DNA of 64,000 nt from a bacterium (lineage in GTDB: Bacteria; Bacteroidota; Ignavibacteria; UBA10030), in NCBI GenBank assembly GCA_043803945.1, contig JAZDJN010000054.1, positions 64,001 to 128,000 of the forward strand. The letters are read 5' to 3'. Below, piece after piece: positions 29,595 through 38,879 of this stretch (the first letter of the stretch is position 1; every line of letters starts with the position of its first letter). The notes under the pieces were generated by a model. That model was not told the origin of the DNA. It was given only the letters and a program-made list of their open reading frames with translations, and ran no database searches. The position numbers were made by a program, and so were the translations under genes.

Positions 29595-32500
29595 GTGTTT
29601 GGAATGACAACATTGAAGAATACGGGTGTTTGGAAGGCGATATTTGTGGTAGGGATTATTGCCCTTATACTTTTCTGTACTCTTTTCTCGTTTACAGCAC
29701 TTAAGGCCCAGGAATCCACTGTCGCGAATTCAAAAATCGTCGAAGAACAAGACTATGCATTCGCTTACGGACTCTACAAAGATGCCTTGTATCAATTAGC
29801 CATCGATCAGTTCGATAAATTCCTTCAAAAATACCCCAGCAGTCTTAAATTCCAGGATGCAAAATTTCTCCGAACCGAGTGTGTATTTCAGCTTGAACTG
29901 CTTGACGCTGCGGCAAATGGATTTTCAGAATTTGTTCAGTCATATCCTGGTTCGAATCTTGCCGATGATGCCCATTTTCGACTTGGCGAGACTTTTTTTA
30001 AGCAAAAAAAGTTCAATGAATCGATTTCGGCATTCAAAGCCGTCTTGGATAACTTTGGAGAAGGTGAGCTTGCCGGGGAAGCTGCGTATTGGATCGGTGA
30101 GATTTATATTAAGATAGAAGATTTTGATAACGCTTTGAAATACTACACCCTTGCATATGACAACTATCCCAGGAACCGGCTCCGTGATTATTGCGTATAC
30201 TCGATCGCCTGGACTCATCAGCGAAAAGCTCAATATAACATTGCAGCCGAGTGGTATCAGAAACTTCTCAAGGAATATCCTCAAAGCACACTTGCAACGT
30301 CATCGACAGTACGAGTCGGTGAATGTTCTTTTTATTTGAAAGAATATCGGAAGGCAATTGAGCAGCTCGAATCGGCAAAAGCATCTCTTACCGAGTCCGA
30401 GCAAAAAGGTGAAGCCGACTACCTTATTGGAGAAGCGTATTACAATCTTGGTGAATTCGATCAGGCCAGGAAACAATATGAGGCATTTCTCGCTTCTTAT
30501 CCCAATCACAAATTGACCCGAGAGGTGCTGTACGCTCTCGCATGGACACTGCTCAAACAAAATCTTGCCCCTCAGGCAGCTGAGGCCTTTGCCCGGGTGG
30601 AAGAAAAGAATGACGGTTTAAGCCATGCTTCATTATTCTGGAAAGCAATGGCTGAGAAACTCGCGGGATCAACAGTTGCAGCACTAGGTTCATTGAGACA
30701 GGTTTCTGAGAAAAACTCGGCCGGCGAATATGCCGATAATGCATTGTACGAATATGGATTAATTCTCGTCGAAGAGAAAAAGCTTGGAGAGGCAAAACCA
30801 TATTTTGAAAAAGTTGTCGCGCAGTATCAATCGAGCGATGTGCGGGCGGAGTCATTTCGGATGTTGGGAGAATGCCTGCTCTTCGAATCGAAATTTGATG
30901 AAGCCCGTGATGCATTCGAACGTGCCTATGCAAGTGAGTCTGCTCCATTCGAAGTGAAGGTTTCTTCTATGTACCAGATAGGGTGGTGCTACTATAAAAG
31001 CAAAAAGTACAAGGAAGCATCCCCACAATTCATAAAATTTCTCAATAGCTATCCCAACCATCCTCAATCACATGATGCAAGGTATTGGCTTGCTGAAAGC
31101 GAATATCAGTTAGGGGATTTTGACGGTGCCTTGAAGCAGTATCAGTTAGTGGCTTCTGCTTCCAACACAGAACATCGTGAGAATGCTTTGTACGGCGCAG
31201 GATGGTCGAACTTGAAACTGAATGAATACAACAAGGCCATCGATGCCTTCGAGAAACTCGTTGTGCAATTTCCGAATGGCACTTTCTCGTTCGACAGCCG
31301 TTTACGGCTTGGTGATTGTTACTACTATCTGAAGGATTATAAGAAGGCTTCTGGTGTCTATCGCACTGTGATAAGGCTTTTTCCGAAACAGGATGGAATC
31401 GATTATGCTCATTATCAGCTCGGTCAGACTTTTTTTCGTGCCGGCGATAACGATCAGGCTTCTGAACAATTCTCGCTTCTCATAAAAACATACCCGAAGT
31501 CATCGCTTGCTGATGATACGCAGTATGCACTGGGATGGATGCTCTTTCAGAAGAAGGAATATCTGGATGCTGTAAGAGAGTTCCAGAAATTGGTTGCCAA
31601 TTATCCCGAAAGCGAATTGACAGCCCGGGCATACTATAGCGTTGGTGATTCCTACTACAATCGGCAAAAATATGATGCAGCAGAGCGAGCATACAAGGAA
31701 TTGGTTCGCCGGTTTCCCAGGAGTAATTACATCTTTGATGCGATGACAGGAATTCAATACTGTCTCGTCGCTCAGGGCAAGCAGGAGGAAGCACTGGCTG
31801 TCCTGGATGCCTTCGTCCGGGAGAACCCGAATTCTCCGGTTGCCGAGCAGCTCTTCCTGAAGAAATGCGATCTTTTGTACGGACAGAAAAAATACGAGAC
31901 AGCCGCTGCAGAATATCAGGCATTCATTAAACGATTCCCGAAATCCTCCCAGCGGGCCTCCGCTCAATACTGGCTGGGAATGAGCCTTGCCGGTGCAAAC
32001 AGATCTATCGAAGCTGCTGCGGCGTTTGATCAGGCTGCCGCGCTGCCGCAGGCACCACAAAAAGTTGTCGCCAACTCTCTCTTTGAGGCAGCGGCGATTT
32101 ATCAGCGGCTGAAGAATTTCGATCAGGCTTTGAATCTCCTCGGACGGGCAGAGAAGGGATTAAAAGGGACGGAGTATCTTTCAGAGATTGCCTACCTCAA
32201 AGGTGCGATCTTCTACGAAAATAATGCCGCAGATGAAGCGAAGAGGCAATTCGAGTTTGTGGTATTAAAACATCCCAAAACGATTTCGGCTGATAAGTCT
32301 CGTGTGGGACTTGCCAGGATTGCGATTGCCAATAAGGATTATGCGGGTGCCTTGACGCTCGCACAGGCCGTTGCGACTTCGCGTACAGATGAATTCGGCG
32401 CGGAGGCACAATTTCTAAGCGGAACAGCCTATGCCGGTATGAACGATTGGCAGAATGCTGCCACAGCTTTTCTGAGGATGCGGTATGTATTTCCCAAATA

Positions 32501-32666
32501 CGAAGAGTGGCTCGTTAAAGCCTATCTTGAATTGGGTGGTGCCTATGAAGAATTGAAAAACGTTCCACGTGCAAAAGAGGCATATCAAAATGTGCAAAAG
32601 CTGCAGAAGGAGGGGGAACTCTTCAATGAAGCGGCACGACGCTTGAAAAATCTGGAACGATTATAG
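29595..32666 (+). CDS. Large exported tetratricopeptide-repeat protein (YbgF/BamD-like TPR pairs)
   Basis: N-terminal hydrophobic segment; more than 20 TPR units with repeated 'YP.S.LA..A.Y.LG'; alternative ATG 29604. Confidence 0.9.
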   Translation: MFGMTTLKNTGVWKAIFVVGIIALILFCTLFSFTALKAQESTVANSKIVEEQDYAFAYGLYKDALYQLAIDQFDKFLQKYPSSLKFQDAKFLRTECVFQLELLDAAANGFSEFVQSYPGSNLADDAHFRLGETFFKQKKFNESISAFKAVLDNFGEGELAGEAAYWIGEIYIKIEDFDNALKYYTLAYDNYPRNRLRDYCVYSIAWTHQRKAQYNIAAEWYQKLLKEYPQSTLATSSTVRVGECSFYLKEYRKAIEQLESAKASLTESEQKGEADYLIGEAYYNLGEFDQARKQYEAFLASYPNHKLTREVLYALAWTLLKQNLAPQAAEAFARVEEKNDGLSHASLFWKAMAEKLAGSTVAALGSLRQVSEKNSAGEYADNALYEYGLILVEEKKLGEAKPYFEKVVAQYQSSDVRAESFRMLGECLLFESKFDEARDAFERAYASESAPFEVKVSSMYQIGWCYYKSKKYKEASPQFIKFLNSYPNHPQSHDARYWLAESEYQLGDFDGALKQYQLVASASNTEHRENALYGAGWSNLKLNEYNKAIDAFEKLVVQFPNGTFSFDSRLRLGDCYYYLKDYKKASGVYRTVIRLFPKQDGIDYAHYQLGQTFFRAGDNDQASEQFSLLIKTYPKSSLADDTQYALGWMLFQKKEYLDAVREFQKLVANYPESELTARAYYSVGDSYYNRQKYDAAERAYKELVRRFPRSNYIFDAMTGIQYCLVAQGKQEEALAVLDAFVRENPNSPVAEQLFLKKCDLLYGQKKYETAAAEYQAFIKRFPKSSQRASAQYWLGMSLAGANRSIEAAAAFDQAAALPQAPQKVVANSLFEAAAIYQRLKNFDQALNLLGRAEKGLKGTEYLSEIAYLKGAIFYENNAADEAKRQFEFVVLKHPKTISADKSRVGLARIAIANKDYAGALTLAQAVATSRTDEFGAEAQFLSGTAYAGMNDWQNAATAFLRMRYVFPKYEEWLVKAYLELGGAYEELKNVPRAKEAYQNVQKLQKEGELFNEAARRLKNLERL

Positions 32667-32670
32667 AATC

Positions 32671-34389
32671 ATGAGTGCTGTGAAGCATATCGCCTGCGCT
32701 TTACTGCTACTTCCGCTGATTCTGATGAGTCAGCAGAAGGACACAACGAAAATTGGTAAACCCATTCCTGATGTCCGGCGTTTCGAGGTTACTCCGCCCA
32801 ATCCCGATCTGCAATTCCTGAATGCTCAGCGGGAAAAACAAAGCACCGATCTTCCAAAGATTGACCTGCCGGAGTTTGTCATCACCGGTACGGCGATGAT
32901 GGAACTGCCGGAGGTGCAGAAACTCGATGTCGATGAGCTTGGTGCGTTTCAATTGACTGTGGCCCCAGCGAAAATCGGACTCCGGGATAGGACAACACTC
33001 GAATTTGTCCGTGAACAGAAGTTGGGATATTCTCCGCCCATCCACTCTCCATTCTTTGGAAGAGTGCTGGTATCCGGTGCCACACACTTTACTCCAGAGA
33101 TCGATTTTTCGTTTGGTCAGAGTTCTCCGGAAGGATATTTTTTATCTCACGCCAATTATTATTCCACCAAAGGATATGTTCCATCCTCGAATCGATCGAA
33201 GGGGGCCGTTGACTTGAGCGGCGGCACGACACTGGAATCACCATCAAGCTGGCTCAATCAGAACATGCTCCATGCCACGTTTGGTCTCTCCTCAGAGACA
33301 TATCAGTTTTTTGGTTCGACATCACCTTCTTTGGCCCGTTCGGTGACGGCAATCTCACTCGGAACGTCACTGACGTCGTCGCCTGCTGAGGCGTGGTCCT
33401 ATCAGTATGCGATGGACTATTCGAATCTTACCATGAAGGATAGTTCTCAGAAAACCACTGAGAATAGAGTTGACCTCCTCCTGGTATCGAGCGTTCCGGG
33501 ATCCTTTATTCCGCTTACGGGAAAGGTCAGATTCAACGGTGTGACATATTCAGGTGGCAATTCAGGTTCACTACCCTATCTTGATATCGAACTGAGTACA
33601 AAGCGACTTTGGTGGAAAAATTTGTTCATGCAGGCTTCCGGCCACCTCTATCTTGCCAAAGGAATGATGGATCAAAAGGTATCAAGAGTCTACCCTCACC
33701 TTTATCTGGGAGCTCGGATTATCGAGGGATTTACTTTATCGACATCGTATAGGGGAATTATCTCATTCTCTTCATTCCATGACTATTTGCAGGTACAACC
33801 CTATCTGGGATCAAGTTCGCTGCTATTATTTTCCGATATCTCAACCGAAATTTCTGGTGGAATTGAAGGACATTTAGGCTCGTGGCTTGATGTCAAATTT
33901 GATACCCGCTATCAATCCATTCGAAATCAACCGATTCTCAGCAATCCTGGGAACCAGGGAGTATGGAGTTTCTCCTATGGCGGTAAGACGACGTGGATCA
34001 CATACTCCACTGATATCATTGCAAAGCTCTCGCCAAATGTGTATTTTGCTCTTGCAATCGATGCGAATGAAACAAAGAATTCTATTCTCGATCATCCCTT
34101 GCCCTATGTCGCAAATGTTCTAGCATCAACTCGGCTAGTGTATGGTTTTGAAAATGGATTATCGATATCTCCACAATTCGATTATATCGGTAAGAGAAGT
34201 ATCGACACGTTTACAGATCGATCATTGCCTGGTTATCTGCTTACCGGAATAGCAGTTCAGTACGCGTTTCATCGCTCGTGGAATGCGATGATAGATTTTC
34301 AAAATTTGTTCGATAATAAATTTGATGAATGGCAAGGGTATCGGGGCACGCCGTTCATGATGAGAATCGGTGTAGAATTTAAATGGTAG
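32671..34389 (+). CDS. Outer-membrane beta-barrel protein, TonB-dependent-receptor-like C-terminus
   Basis: Signal peptide; alternating hydrophobic beta pattern; FQNLFD..F and terminal GVEFKW. Confidence 0.7.
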   Translation: MSAVKHIACALLLLPLILMSQQKDTTKIGKPIPDVRRFEVTPPNPDLQFLNAQREKQSTDLPKIDLPEFVITGTAMMELPEVQKLDVDELGAFQLTVAPAKIGLRDRTTLEFVREQKLGYSPPIHSPFFGRVLVSGATHFTPEIDFSFGQSSPEGYFLSHANYYSTKGYVPSSNRSKGAVDLSGGTTLESPSSWLNQNMLHATFGLSSETYQFFGSTSPSLARSVTAISLGTSLTSSPAEAWSYQYAMDYSNLTMKDSSQKTTENRVDLLLVSSVPGSFIPLTGKVRFNGVTYSGGNSGSLPYLDIELSTKRLWWKNLFMQASGHLYLAKGMMDQKVSRVYPHLYLGARIIEGFTLSTSYRGIISFSSFHDYLQVQPYLGSSSLLLFSDISTEISGGIEGHLGSWLDVKFDTRYQSIRNQPILSNPGNQGVWSFSYGGKTTWITYSTDIIAKLSPNVYFALAIDANETKNSILDHPLPYVANVLASTRLVYGFENGLSISPQFDYIGKRSIDTFTDRSLPGYLLTGIAVQYAFHRSWNAMIDFQNLFDNKFDEWQGYRGTPFMMRIGVEFKW

Positions 34390-34418
34390 TATCTATCAAT
34401 ACATAAGGAGGGACTTCA

Positions 34419-35207
34419 ATGCCTGACCTCAATCTTGCAGATGAAGATAGTTCATTAGAAACCACGGATGAAACCGAATCGACAGAGGAGTCGGAAGCTC
34501 TAGAAGGGCCGGAAAGGGGAAAAGGAGGAGGTCTTCTTAAAATTCTCATGATTGTTCTCATTGTAATCATTGGCCTTGGAGCAAGTGCGTATTTATTAAA
34601 CAGCCTTGGCATCGTCAAGTTATGGGGAAAGAAGGCGAAGCTGAGCTATACGCAGGAATTGACTGCTGAAGAAGGACAGATGCAAACTGAACAACAGGCT
34701 ACCTCGACCGATCAACAGGTGACTCCTCCAACAGAGCAGCAACAGATGATCGAAACACCTCCTCTGGAAGAAACAAAGAAGGAAACGACACAAGAGAGTA
34801 AGCCAACTCCGGTTGAGAAAAAAGAGCCGTTGAAAAAACCGGTTGAGAAAAAAGAACCAGCAAAAAAGCCGGTCGAGAAAAAAGAATCCGCGAAACCGAA
34901 AGAGGAAAAACCGGTGAAACCGATGCCGAACGCACCTGCCACGGCGAGCAAGTTGACCGATATGAGTGGAACGTTTACCATTCAGGTCTCGGCATTTCAG
35001 GACAAGGCCAAAGCCGATAAAATGGCGAAGCGCTTAACCGATGCAGGGTATCCCGCCTATGTTGCTGAAAAGCAAACCAGCAAGGGCTTACTCCATGTGG
35101 TGCGAATCGGGAAGTATGCATCACTCAAGGAAGCACAGACGGCTGTGCAGGGATTTGCCCAGGAGATTAAAGCGTCTCATTATATCGACAGAGTGAAAAC
35201 GAAGTAA
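34419..35207 (+). CDS. SPOR domain membrane protein
   Basis: Acidic N-terminus, one TM segment, K/E/P-rich linker, FTIQVSAF...VRIGKY SPOR domain. Confidence 0.9.
   Translation: MPDLNLADEDSSLETTDETESTEESEALEGPERGKGGGLLKILMIVLIVIIGLGASAYLLNSLGIVKLWGKKAKLSYTQELTAEEGQMQTEQQATSTDQQVTPPTEQQQMIETPPLEETKKETTQESKPTPVEKKEPLKKPVEKKEPAKKPVEKKESAKPKEEKPVKPMPNAPATASKLTDMSGTFTIQVSAFQDKAKADKMAKRLTDAGYPAYVAEKQTSKGLLHVVRIGKYASLKEAQTAVQGFAQEIKASHYIDRVKTK
34809..34898 (+). repeat. 30-bp coding tandem repeat x3 (PVEKKE unit) in the SPOR linker
   Basis: ccggtYgagaaaaaaga starting at 34809, 34839 and 34869. Confidence 0.85.
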
Positions 35208-35236
35208 GGTTCTTCTACACAAATCAAAGGAGCAGT

Positions 35237-35932
35237 ATGAATTTGTATGAACTCTATATGCAGGGGGGAATTGTTATGCATCCGATTCTCCTCTGTTCCA
35301 TCCTGATGGTGATGGTGATTATCGAGAGAGCGATTGTTCTCAAGCGCGCAAAGATTGACACCGGTCAATTTATGTTGAAGCTTCGAAGTGTGGTTCAGCG
35401 GGGTGGTGTCGAAGCCGGACTCACCTTTTGTTCGAAAAGCAGTGCGCCGATTGCCAATCTCATGAAAAAAGGGCTGAGCAAATACAACGAAGGTACCGAA
35501 CGCGTGCGCGAAGCTATTGAGAATGCAGGAAAGGAAGAAGTCTATCATCTCGAGACTCGATTAGGCATGCTGGCATCGATCGCTGGTATTGCACCATTAC
35601 TGGGCTTCCTCGGAACAGTCACCGGTATGATCCAGGCCTTCATGATGGTTCAGAAGTTGGGCGGGAATGCAAGTCCGGCAGATCTCGCGGGCGGTATCTG
35701 GGAAGCTCTGCTCACGACTGCATTCGGATTGTTCGTTGGTATTCCGGCTCTGGGATTCTACAATTACTTTATCACGAAAGTGGGGCGCTTTGTCTTTGAA
35801 CTGGAAAGTGCTTCTGAAGAATTCCTTGATCTGGCAAGAGCAGGTGCACTTGAGAATTCCATAACACCGCATGAAAAAACGAAAGCAGTTGCAACCGAAG
35901 AGGCAGACGAGTTCTTCAAGAAAAAAGGATAA
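35237..35932 (+). CDS. exbB: MotA/TolQ/ExbB proton channel protein
   Basis: APLLGFLGTVTGMI, GIWEALLTTAFGL. Confidence 0.92.
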   Translation: MNLYELYMQGGIVMHPILLCSILMVMVIIERAIVLKRAKIDTGQFMLKLRSVVQRGGVEAGLTFCSKSSAPIANLMKKGLSKYNEGTERVREAIENAGKEEVYHLETRLGMLASIAGIAPLLGFLGTVTGMIQAFMMVQKLGGNASPADLAGGIWEALLTTAFGLFVGIPALGFYNYFITKVGRFVFELESASEEFLDLARAGALENSITPHEKTKAVATEEADEFFKKKG

Positions 35933-35934
35933 GT

Positions 35935-36336
35935 ATGAATTTCCGAAGCCAGCATAAGCATATGGCGGCATTTTCCTATGCCTCCTTAACCGATGTCATC
36001 CTTCAGTTGATGATATTCTTCCTGCTCTCGTCGTCGTTTGTCATTCAACCCGGCATCAAAGTCCAGCTCCCGAAAGCCGAAGCAGGAGAAGCAGACAGCA
36101 AGCGGGAAATCATCGTTACACTCACCGAGGGGGGAGTGATCTTCGTCAACAATGAGCAGGTGACGACAGAGACACTCGGGGCGAAGCTTTCTACCGTACT
36201 TCAGGGGAAGAGTGATTTTATCGTGGTTATCAATGCCGACCGTAACGTCAATCTGCAAAGTGCAATTCAGGTGATGGACATTGCTAAGGCAGTTGGCGCC
36301 AGCCGGTTTCTGATCGCAACGAAACCCTCGAATTAG
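35935..36336 (+). CDS. exbD: ExbD/TolR family protein
   Basis: SLTDVILQLMIFFLL (TM Asp), VQLPKA, INADRNV. Confidence 0.92.
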   Translation: MNFRSQHKHMAAFSYASLTDVILQLMIFFLLSSSFVIQPGIKVQLPKAEAGEADSKREIIVTLTEGGVIFVNNEQVTTETLGAKLSTVLQGKSDFIVVINADRNVNLQSAIQVMDIAKAVGASRFLIATKPSN

Positions 36337-36339
36337 CTT

Positions 36340-37143
36340 ATGGCTAAGCATCGAACAGAAAATATTGTTGGGTGGATCGGTTCCTTCATTTTCCATCTGC
36401 TCCTCTTGATTTTATTTCTCCTCACCAGACTCCCGGAGTTTGCAGAACGGGTCGATTTTGTAGAGGTCAATTGGGGCGGCGTCTCTTCCATTGCTGCAGC
36501 CCAACTATCCTCGTCGCAGGCTTCGCTGGGCGAAGCTGGTGATCTTGCCGTGCCAGCTACAACAAAAACCGTTGCGCAAAAGAACGAACCTACACAAAGA
36601 GTTGACACACCTGAACGACGACTGCCAGATCCGTCTAATGAAATCATTCGGGTGCCGCGCTCGGATAAAATAACCTCATCCGAGGCAAATCTTAATGCCA
36701 AACAATCCAAAATTACCCGAAGCGGCGAGAGGGAATTTGCCGGTACGAGTACGACCAGCCGAAAAGAGATTGGTATTCCTGGCAGAACCGGTACTGCAGG
36801 AGGTGCGGCAAAGCCGTCAATCGGGATGGGAAGTGCCGATGGAAGCATCGGGAGCGGTACGTCGTACAGTATCCAGTGGTTGAATGGCGGAACTCGGCAG
36901 AAAATCGCCGGAGATCTGCCGAAATATCCTCAGGGAGTGAATGTTGAAGCACAGATAAAAGTCCGGACAACCATAACACCGGATGGCAGTGTAAAGATCG
37001 TCACTCCCGCCCAAAAAGCAAACCAGCGTATGGAGGATGCAGCCATGAAGGAAGTACGTCTCTGGCGCTTTGAACCGCTCCGCTCATCTCAGCGACAGGA
37101 TGATCAGGAATGCATCATTACATTTTTATTCAAATTGAAGTAG
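36340..37143 (+). CDS. tonB: TonB/TolA-like energy transducer
   Basis: SFIFH TM motif, flexible linker, PKYP...WRFEP...ITFLFKLK C-terminal domain. Confidence 0.85.
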   Translation: MAKHRTENIVGWIGSFIFHLLLLILFLLTRLPEFAERVDFVEVNWGGVSSIAAAQLSSSQASLGEAGDLAVPATTKTVAQKNEPTQRVDTPERRLPDPSNEIIRVPRSDKITSSEANLNAKQSKITRSGEREFAGTSTTSRKEIGIPGRTGTAGGAAKPSIGMGSADGSIGSGTSYSIQWLNGGTRQKIAGDLPKYPQGVNVEAQIKVRTTITPDGSVKIVTPAQKANQRMEDAAMKEVRLWRFEPLRSSQRQDDQECIITFLFKLK

Positions 37144-37227
37144 GGTAATTGTTAGGTCTGGGAGTCGGTAGACGGAAGAAGGGGAATGGGGGAGATAGAA
37201 AGAGGGACGATAGAAGTTGGAAGAGAG

Positions 37228-37521
37228 ATGAATACCAAGCTTCAAGAAATACAAAACATTCTTACATTTCAAAAGGATCGACTTCATCAGCAATTCGGTG
37301 TGAGACGGTTGGGAATATTTGGATCCTATGCAAGAAACGATGAGCGGTCTGACAGCGATGTAGACATTTTGGTTGAATTTGACAGGCCAATAGGACTTGC
37401 ATTTGTTGACCTTGCCGAAGAGCTGGAACGAATACTCGGAATGAAAGTAGACTTAGTTTCACGAAACGCTATCAGCAAAAAAATGCTTCCCTCTATTGAA
37501 AATGAACTCTTCTATGTCTAA
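37228..37521 (+). CDS. Minimal nucleotidyltransferase (MNT/MntA-type antitoxin)
   Basis: IFGSYAR...SDVDILVEF, LGMKVDLV. Confidence 0.9.
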   Translation: MNTKLQEIQNILTFQKDRLHQQFGVRRLGIFGSYARNDERSDSDVDILVEFDRPIGLAFVDLAEELERILGMKVDLVSRNAISKKMLPSIENELFYV

Positions 37522-37651
37522 CAGAGATTGGAAGATACTGATCTCGGATATTCAAGAAAGCGCTGATAAAATTGTTCGTAGAAGTCTGTCTTCTAAGCTC
37601 AGCTTAATCTGTGTAAGAAGACAGACTTCTTTAAAGTTCATTTCTCTCTAA
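37514..37651 (+). pseudogene. Truncated HepT/DUF86 (HEPN) toxin remnant
   Basis: ATG overlaps the MNT stop; MSNRDWKILISDIQESADKIVR resembles DUF86 N-termini; the frame then runs into an inverted repeat at 37580 and stops at 37651. Confidence 0.7.
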
Positions 37652-37731
37652 GTTGAAGTGATAGGCTGAAAAGCAGAACATAAAAGTCCGTCTTCTAATC
37701 ATAGATGGCACTGTAAGAAGACGGACTTTTA
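37580..37731. repeat. Two related hairpin (REP-like) elements
   Basis: agaagtctgtcttct (37580-37594) / agaagacagacttct (37616-37630); taaaagtccgtcttct (37681-37696) / agaagacggactttta (37716-37731); a further half-site aagacagacttct near 38458-38470. Confidence 0.9.
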
Positions 37732-37746
37732 GCAAACGGCAAATTA

Positions 37747-37911
37747 CCATTTGATCTATTAGTATCAAATTGTTGTGACTAATTGATACTACACGATCAA
37801 ATTGTTAATTTCTGATATGAGCAGCAGATTGACACAGAGTGAAGTTTTAAGTACTATGCTTGTAAAAATATTCACAACATTCGTTAAGATATCTTATTGC
37901 AAATTCTATTT
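37747..37911 (+). repeat. About 165-bp direct repeat, copy 1 (TA promoter block)
   Basis: Aligns with 38522-38685. Confidence 0.9.
37829..37857 (+). promoter_or_regulatory. Near-consensus sigma70 promoter
   Basis: TTGACA-N17-TACTAT upstream of TA module 2. Confidence 0.75.
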
Positions 37912-37944
37912 TAAAAGTAATTTCTTTGCTTTGTTAGGGGTAAG

Positions 37945-38154
37945 GTGAATAAAATGAATAAAGCGATCGTGATAAAACCTCAAAATGAAGAAGAGGGGGA
38001 ATTTCTTTCAAGGTTGTTGAAGAAGCTGGGGATTGAATCATCCAGCATCGATTCTGAGTTGATGGAAGAATATGGGATTTCTCTGAAAATGAAGGAAGTA
38101 GATCGGACAAAAAAAGTAAGTCGCGCTGTGATTATGCGAAAGCTTAGATCCTGA
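37945..38154 (+). CDS. Small putative antitoxin
   Basis: 69 aa; TGATG coupling to the downstream RelE-like frame. Confidence 0.7.
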   Translation: MNKMNKAIVIKPQNEEEGEFLSRLLKKLGIESSSIDSELMEEYGISLKMKEVDRTKKVSRAVIMRKLRS

Positions 38155-38420
38155 TGCAGGTAGAATTCCTTGAGGCATTTTCAAAAGATTTAAATCTCAT
38201 CAGTCAGCGATCTATAAAATCGTCCCTGGAGAGACTTATCCTTCAGATAGAAGCAGCGTGATCTCTCTCAGAGATCCAAAATGTGAAAAAACTGAGTGGT
38301 TTCAAATCGGCCTTCAGAATTAAAATTGGTAATTATCGCGTCGGCATTTTCGTCGAAGGAAATCTTGTCCAATTTGCACGAATGCTCCACCGAAAAGAAA
38401 TCTACAGGTCATTCCCTTAA
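38154..38420 (+). pseudogene. RelE/ParE-family toxin interrupted by an in-frame TGA
   Basis: MQVEFLEAFSKDL...IEAA*SLSEIQNVKKLSGFKSAFRIKIGNYRVG...LHRKEIYRSFP; TGA at 38259-38261. Confidence 0.85.
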
Positions 38421-38521
38421 AAGAAGCATGTCTTTTAAGCGCGATTAATCTAAGAAAAAGACAGACTTCTTCTTTTTTAACAAACATCGTCCTGCTTCAT
38501 TTTGAGTTGTCACTTATCTCC

Positions 38522-38685
38522 CCATTTGATAGAGAAGCATCTAATTGTCGTGACTAATCGACACTTCACGATCAAATTGTCTATTTCTGATGCGGGTGCT
38601 GATTGACACAGAGTGAAGTTTTGAGTACTATGCTTGTAATAAGATTCACAACATTCTTTGAGATTTCTTATGGCAAATTCTATTT
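38522..38685 (+). repeat. About 165-bp direct repeat, copy 2 (TA promoter block plus first antitoxin codons)
   Basis: Aligns with 37747-37911. Confidence 0.9.
38603..38631 (+). promoter_or_regulatory. Near-consensus sigma70 promoter
   Basis: TTGACA-N17-TACTAT upstream of TA module 3. Confidence 0.75.
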
Positions 38686-38879
38686 CAATTGAAGTGAATT
38701 TATCCCCTGAACAAATTATCGAGGCTGTTCGACGGATGAAGAAATCCGAAAGAGCTTCTTTTGTAGAAGACTTGATTTCTGCTGCGAGTCCAGAATATCT
38801 CGAAAGCATTCGCGAGGCACGAGAGGATTATAGAAAAGGTCGTACATCGACTCATGCTGATGTTTTTCCTCGAAAATGA
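38670..38879 (+). CDS. Putative antitoxin
   Basis: SPEYLESIREAREDYRKGR tail typical of RelE-partner antitoxins; ATGA overlap with the toxin. Confidence 0.8.
   Translation: MANSISIEVNLSPEQIIEAVRRMKKSERASFVEDLISAASPEYLESIREAREDYRKGRTSTHADVFPRK

Noticed and set aside
38259-38261. Selenocysteine recoding of the TGA in the RelE-like gene
   Set aside because: This is not a Cys-type position in this family, and I see no convincing SECIS-like hairpin downstream.
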